NCBI GenBank assembly: GCA_965198065.1
Contig: CBDAON010000004.1
Span: forward strand, 2,592,001-2,656,000
Length of the DNA: 64,000 bases
From: Longimicrobiales bacterium
GTDB lineage: Bacteria; Gemmatimonadota; Gemmatimonadetes; Longimicrobiales; Gaopeijiaceae
Direction: 5' to 3'
Shown: positions 58,602-64,000 of the stretch, piece by piece
Layout of the letters: each line of letters starts with the position of its first letter
How positions within the stretch are numbered: position 1 is the stretch's first letter
The notes under the pieces: model-generated
The model's input: the letters and a program-made list of their open reading frames with translations, nothing else
The model's database searches: none
What the model was told of the DNA's origin: nothing
Position numbers and translations under genes: made by a program

Positions 58602-59045
58602 ATGCGCGCCGCCGTCCACATCAACGCTCCCTCCGGGCACCCGCTCCCCCGGGACCTGATCGAGCGGGCGGTGAGGATCGCGCTCGAGGAGGAGGGCGTT
58701 TCGGACGGCGACGTGTCGGTCACCTTCCTGGAGGACGCTCCGATCCACGACCTGAACCGGCGCTGGCTGGGCCACGGCTGGGTTCCGGACGTGCTCTCGT
58801 TCCGACTCCACGATCGGGGTGAGCCGCCCGTCGCGGACGTGTACGTAGGCCTGGAGCAGGCCGAGCGCCAGGCCCGTGACGTGGGCGTGCCTCTCGACGA
58901 GGAGCTCTGCCGGCTCGCGATCCACGGCGTGCTCCACGCGCTCGGGCACGACCACCCCGCGCGGGCGGAGCCCAACGGGAGTGGGGAGGGGATGTTCGAG
59001 AGGCAGGAGACGCTCCTCCAGATGGCGCTCGGGAGGGCCCCTTGA
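58602..59045 (+). CDS. ybeY: rRNA maturation endoribonuclease YbeY
   Basis: LNRRW, DVLSF, HGVLHALGHDH zinc motif; usual phoH-HD-ybeY context. Confidence 0.93.
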   Translation: MRAAVHINAPSGHPLPRDLIERAVRIALEEEGVSDGDVSVTFLEDAPIHDLNRRWLGHGWVPDVLSFRLHDRGEPPVADVYVGLEQAERQARDVGVPLDEELCRLAIHGVLHALGHDHPARAEPNGSGEGMFERQETLLQMALGRAP

Positions 59046-60691
59046 AGCGGATCTCCCGCGGAGGCCGGATCTTCTTCGCCCTCATTCCCTTCGTGTTCGC
59101 GTTCCTCCGCGACCGCCGGAGATTCGTGCTCGTCGGGCGGCCGGCTCGCCGGCGCGAGGCCAGTCACGATAGGCGCGCGCGCCGCTTGGTCGAGACGATC
59201 GCCTCCCTCGGGCCCACCTTCATCAAGCTCGCTCAGATCTTCGGATCGCGGGCCGACCTCGTGCCGGAGCCGTACCTCTCGGCCATCGCGACGCTGCAGG
59301 ACCAGGTGCCGCCGGTCCCCTGGGAGGGGGCGCGTCAGGTGATCGAGACCGAGCTGGGGCGCCCCGTGGACGAGGTGTTCGAGGACTTCGAGGTCGTTCC
59401 CATGGCCGCGGCTTCGCTGGGGCAGGTGCATCGGGCCAGGCTCGAGGGACGGGAGGTCGCCGTGAAGCTCCTCCGGCCCCACGTGGAGGAGACCGTGGCC
59501 CTGGACCTGGACCTGTCGTTCCGCGTCCTCTTCTGGCTGAACATCCTCTTTCCCAACCATCACGTGCAGGGCATCACGAACGTGATCCGGGAGTTCTCCG
59601 TCCGGGTCCGGGAGGAGATGGATTTCCTGAACGAAGCCGAGAACATGGCGCACGCGCGGAGGCTCTTCGCCTCCCTGAAGGGGGTGCGAGCGCCCAACGT
59701 CGTGGGGGGGCTCACGACCCAGCGTCTTCTTGTGATGGAATACCTCAGGGGAACGAAGGCGGACCACCTTCACGACCGCTTCGCTTCGGGGGAGCTGCGG
59801 TTCGACGAGGTGATGGAGAGGCTGACGGGCGTTTACCTACGCATGATGATGACGGACGGCTTCATGCATGCGGATCCCCATCCGGGCAATCTCATGGTGG
59901 CGGAAGACGGGTCGGTCGTCGTCCTCGACTGGGGGATGGTGCTCTCCGTGCCGCGCTGGACCCGGGACGCGATCCTTGGCGTCGCACTGGCCATCGAGCA
60001 GGAGGATCTGGATGGTATGATTAGCGGCATGTATCGGCTCGGCATGATCTCTCCCGAGGTCTCGAGGGGTGAGATCCGCGAGGCAGCCACCGAGATCATG
60101 CAGATCATGGACCGTGCCCGCGGCTCGTCGCGCGAGCGCGTGCAGGAGGTCGTGCAGGAGCTGTGGGACACGTTCTACACGTGGCCGCTCATGCTGCCCC
60201 GGGAGCTCGTCTACTTCTTCCGGGCAGCCGTCCTCCTCGAGGGCATCGGCTTCCGCTACCGCCCGGACTTCAACGGCCTGCACCTGATCCGGAAGGTGAT
60301 CCGGGCCTCCAGGGCGGAGCTCGTGAAGGGCGTGACCCGGGAACCCATTTCCGTCGCGCGGGACGTGCTGGGCGAGGTGACCCACACGCTGCGCTCGGTC
60401 CGAGAGCTCCTTCAGCGGACGGAGCGGGACGAGCTCCGGGTCCGTGTGCATCCCCGGGACGCGCAAGCGCAGGAGCACTTCCTGCACCTTCAGGCCCGTC
60501 GCCTCCTCCTCTCGATCTTCGCGACGGCCACCGCGGTCATCAGCGCCATCATCTTCCTCGAGATCCGGAACGTCTGGCTCCTCGGCCTCGGGCTGGGCGT
60601 CGCTCTCGTGATGTTCGTTCTCGTCCTCTTCATCCCGACCCACCTCCTCGAAAACCCGCTCCGGCACGCGCGGGGGATCCGGCCACGGTGA
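59042..60691 (+). CDS. ABC1/UbiB (AarF) family atypical kinase
   Basis: LGPTFIKLAQ, LQDQVP, AAASLGQVHRA, VAVK, HADPHPGN, LDWGM, C-terminal TMs. Confidence 0.93.
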   Translation: MKRISRGGRIFFALIPFVFAFLRDRRRFVLVGRPARRREASHDRRARRLVETIASLGPTFIKLAQIFGSRADLVPEPYLSAIATLQDQVPPVPWEGARQVIETELGRPVDEVFEDFEVVPMAAASLGQVHRARLEGREVAVKLLRPHVEETVALDLDLSFRVLFWLNILFPNHHVQGITNVIREFSVRVREEMDFLNEAENMAHARRLFASLKGVRAPNVVGGLTTQRLLVMEYLRGTKADHLHDRFASGELRFDEVMERLTGVYLRMMMTDGFMHADPHPGNLMVAEDGSVVVLDWGMVLSVPRWTRDAILGVALAIEQEDLDGMISGMYRLGMISPEVSRGEIREAATEIMQIMDRARGSSRERVQEVVQELWDTFYTWPLMLPRELVYFFRAAVLLEGIGFRYRPDFNGLHLIRKVIRASRAELVKGVTREPISVARDVLGEVTHTLRSVRELLQRTERDELRVRVHPRDAQAQEHFLHLQARRLLLSIFATATAVISAIIFLEIRNVWLLGLGLGVALVMFVLVLFIPTHLLENPLRHARGIRPR

Positions 60692-60887
60692 CGGAGGGTC
60701 GGGGTTGCGGGCGTGCCTCTGCGGGCCAGCGGATTCAGGAAGTCGTCGTACGCGCTCGTCGGTTAGGTGCGGTCGGTCGACAAGCGGCGAGTCCGGAGCG
60801 TCATCAGTGAGGTGAGCCCCCTAGGAGCTCCGGAGGATCGACGAGGGCCTCATCCTGCTCTTCGGTCTGGATCGCTGAGCGCGGAAG

Positions 60888-60896
60888 TGGCAGTAT
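60888..60896 (+). promoter_or_regulatory. Candidate extended -10 of a leaderless bioB transcript
   Basis: TG-G-CAGTAT-N6-ATG, no SD. Confidence 0.4.
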
Positions 60897-60902
60897 TACC
60901 GG

Positions 60903-61904
60903 ATGATCGACATTCGTACCGATTGGACCCGAGACGAGGTCGAGGCGATCTACCGCCTCCCCCTCCTGGAGCTCGTGTTCCGCGCCGCGGCGGTCCACCG
61001 GGAGGTCCACGAGACCGGCGAGGTCCAGGTTTGCACGCTCCTCTCCATCAAGACGGGTCGCTGTCCGGAGGACTGCGCGTACTGCCCGCAGTCCGTGCAC
61101 TACGACACGGGCGTCGAGGTGACCGGCGTGCTCGACCGCGAGCGGACTCTGGGCGCGGCCAGGGCGGCCAAGGGCGCGGGGAGCACCCGATTCTGCATGG
61201 GAGCCGCGTGGCGGTCAGTCCGGGACGGCCCCGAGTTCGACCATGTGCTCGACATGGTGCGGGAGGTGTCGGACCTCGGGCTCGAGGTCTGCTGCACCCT
61301 CGGGATGCTGACGGACGACCAGGCCAAGAGGCTCAAGGAGGCGGGGCTCTACGCCTACAACCACAACCTGGACGCGAGTGAGCGGTTCTACGGCACGATC
61401 ATCTCGACGCGCACCTACCAGGACCGGCTCGATACGCTTGAGCGCGTCCGGCGGCACGACATCTCTGTCTGCTGCGGGGGGATCCTGGGCATGGGCGAGA
61501 CCGAGGACGATCGAATCGACCTCCTCCACACCCTGGCGACCCAGCCCCAGCACCCGGAGTCAGTCCCCATCAACGCGCTGGTGGCCGTCGAAGGAACGCC
61601 CCTGGGGGACCAACCCAAGGTCCCGTGTTGGGAAATGGCGCGGGCGATTGGGACGGCCCGAGTCCTCATGCCGAGGGCGATGGTGCGACTTTCCGCGGGC
61701 CGGGTCGATCTTTCGATGGCCGAGCAGGCGCTGTGCTTCCTCGCCGGCGCGAACTCGATCTTCGCGGGCGAGAAGCTCCTCACGACAGAGAACAACGACT
61801 GGGACGAGGACCGGGAAATGTTCCGGATCCTCGGCCTGACGCCGCGCGCGGCGTACAGGGATGCCAGGCCGGAGCACGTACCGGCTCGGGCGTCCGCGTC
61901 CTAG
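60903..61904 (+). CDS. bioB: Biotin synthase
   Basis: IKTGRCPEDCAYCPQS, RFCMGAAWR, YNHNLD, CCGGILG, ESVPIN, RLSAGR, GANSIF.GEKLLT. Confidence 0.98.
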   Translation: MIDIRTDWTRDEVEAIYRLPLLELVFRAAAVHREVHETGEVQVCTLLSIKTGRCPEDCAYCPQSVHYDTGVEVTGVLDRERTLGAARAAKGAGSTRFCMGAAWRSVRDGPEFDHVLDMVREVSDLGLEVCCTLGMLTDDQAKRLKEAGLYAYNHNLDASERFYGTIISTRTYQDRLDTLERVRRHDISVCCGGILGMGETEDDRIDLLHTLATQPQHPESVPINALVAVEGTPLGDQPKVPCWEMARAIGTARVLMPRAMVRLSAGRVDLSMAEQALCFLAGANSIFAGEKLLTTENNDWDEDREMFRILGLTPRAAYRDARPEHVPARASAS

Positions 61905-62062
61905 GCGTCGTCTGGGAAACGCGCACAGGAGTATCCTCGCCGCCCGGCCGATCGCGGGCCGGCGCCTACGCGAGCCCGAGTGAGCGCGAGAGGGGTTGGC
62001 CGACCTACCTCATCGCCACCTGGCCCAGCACCCAGATCCAGGGTCCCAGCTGGGGGCGGTAC

Positions 62063-62266
62063 TCACGGCCGGCTGCCCGGGTCCTCGTCCTTCCGTGCAC
62101 CGCCCGAGCCGTCCCTCGTCCCCAGCCGCCCCGCGTCCCGGAGCGCCCGTCGGAGCAGGAACTCTATTTGCCCGTTCACGCTCCGGAGCTCGTCGTCCGC
62201 CCAGCGACGCACCGCGTCGAGGACCCTGGGATCGATCCGGATCAGGAAAGCGTCGCGCTTCGGCAC
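62063..62266 (-). CDS. Arc-family ribbon-helix-helix DNA-binding protein
   Basis: FLIRIDP...AVRRWADDELRSVNGQIEFLLRRAL; directly downstream of the SPFH gene. Confidence 0.88.
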   Translation of the reverse strand: MPKRDAFLIRIDPRVLDAVRRWADDELRSVNGQIEFLLRRALRDAGRLGTRDGSGGARKDEDPGSRP

Positions 62267-62314
62267 CGGTGACGAGCCTTCTCGGCCGTGGGGCCCCGGC
62301 GGGCTCGGCTGGCC

Positions 62315-63252
62315 TTAGGAGTAGAGGCTCCCGGTGTTCACGACCGGTTGCGTATGGCGATCGCTGCATAGCACGACCAGGAGATTGGCCACCATGTGGG
62401 CTCGGCGCTCGTCGTCCAGCTCCACGATCCCCTGCGTGGCGAGGTGCTCGAGCGCCATCTGGACCATGCCCACGGCGCCTTCCACGATCTTCGTGCGCGC
62501 GGCCACGACGGCCTGGGCCTGCTGGCGCTGGAGCATGGCGGCGGCAATCTCGGCCGAGTAAGCAAGGTGGCTGATCCGGGCCTCGACCGCCTCGACGCCC
62601 GCGCGCCCCATCCGCTCTTGGATGTCCGCCTTCAGCTGCTCGGAGATCTCCTGCGTGTTCCCGCGGAGCGAGATCTCGTGGTCCTCGCTGTCGTAGGGGT
62701 GCCGGCTCGCCATGTTCCGGAGCGCTGACTCGCTCTGGATCGCGACGTAATCCTCGAAATCGTCCACCTCGAGGAGCGCCTCCGCCGTATCCACGACCCG
62801 CCACACGACGACCGCGGAGATGTCCACGGGATTCCCGTCCCGGTCGTTCACTTTGGAAGGCCGGCCGGACGAGCGGTGGGCGGGCTGGACAACCTTCCCC
62901 GCCGCGTCCCTTTGCTCCTCGACCTTGGCCGCGCCCGTCTCGAAGTTCCGGATCCTGAGGGACACCTTCTTCTTCGTGTAAAAGGGGTTCACCCAGAAGA
63001 AGCCGGACTCTCTAACCGAACCTTGTACGTGCCGAAGAGGAGCAGCACGCGAGCCTCGTTCGGCTGCACGGCGAGGAAACCCGCCATGGAAATGATCGCG
63101 AGGGTGGGGAGGAGGATCGCCGCCGCGATCTCCAGGCTGCCCGGGGCCGGGAGCGACCGGACGAGGGCCAGCGGCCCGCTCACGAGGGCGAGGAGGATGA
63201 TGAGGAGCGGGACCCAGCCGGAGGCGGCCCTGTAACGGATCTCTCGCACCAT
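62315..63252 (-). pseudogene. SPFH/band-7 domain membrane protein, frameshifted near 63021 (possibly a sequencing error)
   Basis: N-terminal TMs and [16 protein letters not shown] in one frame; [14 protein letters not shown]...KVND..GNP...[16 protein letters not shown]...IVEGAVGMV in another; one extra G restores YKGSV. Confidence 0.85.
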
Positions 63253-63277
63253 CGCTGGGACTCCCTCCGCACGAGGA

Positions 63278-63309
63278 GTGATAGTGATACACTATCGTAA
63301 TGATATCAC
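63278..63309. promoter_or_regulatory. AT-rich palindromic operator and promoter region of the SPFH-Arc operon
   Basis: GATAGTG-ATA-CACTATC (63280-63296) and TGATATCA (63301-63308). Confidence 0.65.
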
Positions 63310-63452
63310 AAATAGTGGGGCTCGTCCAGGAGCCAGGAAGTGCGCGCGGGCCTATCCCGGGGACGCCCGTTTCCCGCTGCGGGCGTGGAGGGCCAGCGGA
63401 GCGAGGGCAAGGTGGTGTTGACCGGCCGCCTGGCTTCGGGAGTGGCTCGCTA

Positions 63453-64000
63453 TCAGCCGGCCTCGACGGACGAGGCGATCTCCCGCACGGAGTCGTACAT
63501 CTGCCTCCGCTCCTCGTCCGTGAGGCAGTATGGGGGAATCAGATAGACCGTGTTCCCGAGAGGGCGGAGGAGCAGGCCCCGCTCCAGGGCCTCGTGCTTG
63601 ACGAAGTTCCGGACGCGGCTCAGGTATCCCGTCTCGCCGCCAGTCTCCAGGTCGAACGCCGCAATCGTGCCCGTGACCCTGGGACGGACGGCCGGCGTCC
63701 CCTCGAGGCCTGTGAGGAACCGGCGGTGGTGGTCCTCCATCGTGCGGAAGACCGGCTCCGCCTCGGAGAGGAGCTCGAGCGAGGCGAGCGCGGCCGCACA
63801 TCCGAGCGGGTTCGCCGTGTAGCTGTGCCCGTGCCAGAGTGCCTTACGGGGATCGCTGCTCACGTACGCCTCGTAGACCTCCTTCGAGGCTACCGTCGCG
63901 GCCATGGGAAGAAAGCCGCCAGTTAGCCCCTTGGCAAGGCACACGATATCGGGATGGACGTCGGCCCGGGTGCAGGCGAACCAGTCTCCCGTGCGCCCGA
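63453..64000 (-). CDS. bioA: Adenosylmethionine--8-amino-7-oxononanoate aminotransferase (5'-truncated by window edge)
   Basis: PLP lysine motif [42 protein letters not shown]. Confidence 0.92.
   Translation of the reverse strand, partial: GRTGDWFACTRADVHPDIVCLAKGLTGGFLPMAATVASKEVYEAYVSSDPRKALWHGHSYTANPLGCAAALASLELLSEAEPVFRTMEDHHRRFLTGLEGTPAVRPRVTGTIAAFDLETGGETGYLSRVRNFVKHEALERGLLLRPLGNTVYLIPPYCLTDEERRQMYDSVREIASSVEAG

Noticed and set aside
63015..63030. Programmed ribosomal frameshift in the SPFH gene
   Set aside because: No slippery heptamer at the junction; a simple 1-bp deletion explains it
1..64000. Many long alternative-frame and antisense ORFs (e.g. 6161-8461 minus, 53090-55030 minus, 20789-22540 plus, 33586-35178 minus)
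   Set aside because: They overlap clearly identifiable genes and translate to R/G/P/A-rich sequence without motifs, as expected of shadow ORFs in high-GC DNA
1..64000. CRISPR array, tRNA/rRNA genes, IS elements, prophage or defence genes
   Set aside because: No repeat-spacer arrays, cloverleaf or rRNA signatures, transposase, integrase or phage motifs seen; intergenic gaps are short

Overview
High-GC, densely coding window of core chromosome, most likely from a Gemmatimonadota bacterium (inferred from gene order and protein style, not from a search). Gene order: end of the dcw cluster (ftsA, ftsZ), M23 peptidase, membrane protein, ftsY, recG, asnS, NHL-repeat lipoprotein, SLOG protein, D-2-hydroxyacid dehydrogenase, mazG, alr, lipoprotein plus beta-barrel pair, miaB, LapA-like protein, comEC, fbp, large Ig-like lipoprotein, a minus-strand truA-tal-htrA-purB-purC-pssA-purSQLF run, a lower-GC methyltransferase, trpD, lexA (inverted), trpC-trpF-trpB-[HEAT repeat]-[HD-GYP]-trpA, rqc2/NFACT, panB-panC-yqeK-LytR_C-lepB, rlmN, aspS-phoH-7TM-HD-ybeY-ABC1 kinase, bioB, an SPFH/Arc-RHH operon and partial bioA. 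I saw no rRNA, tRNA, CRISPR array, transposase or integrase. Best leads: (1) two CCGAA-N6-CCGAA direct-repeat pairs in the lexA/trpC divergent promoter, a candidate undescribed SOS box; (2) a HEAT-repeat + HD-GYP pair with similar N-terminal domains, coupled between trpB and trpA and possibly under LexA control; (3) a perfect 87-bp in-frame duplication across the HtrA catalytic region; (4) a 17-codon ORF overlapping both neighbours after alr; (5) recurrent leaderless-type promoters; (6) an SPFH/Arc operon with palindromic operators and a 1-bp frameshift.
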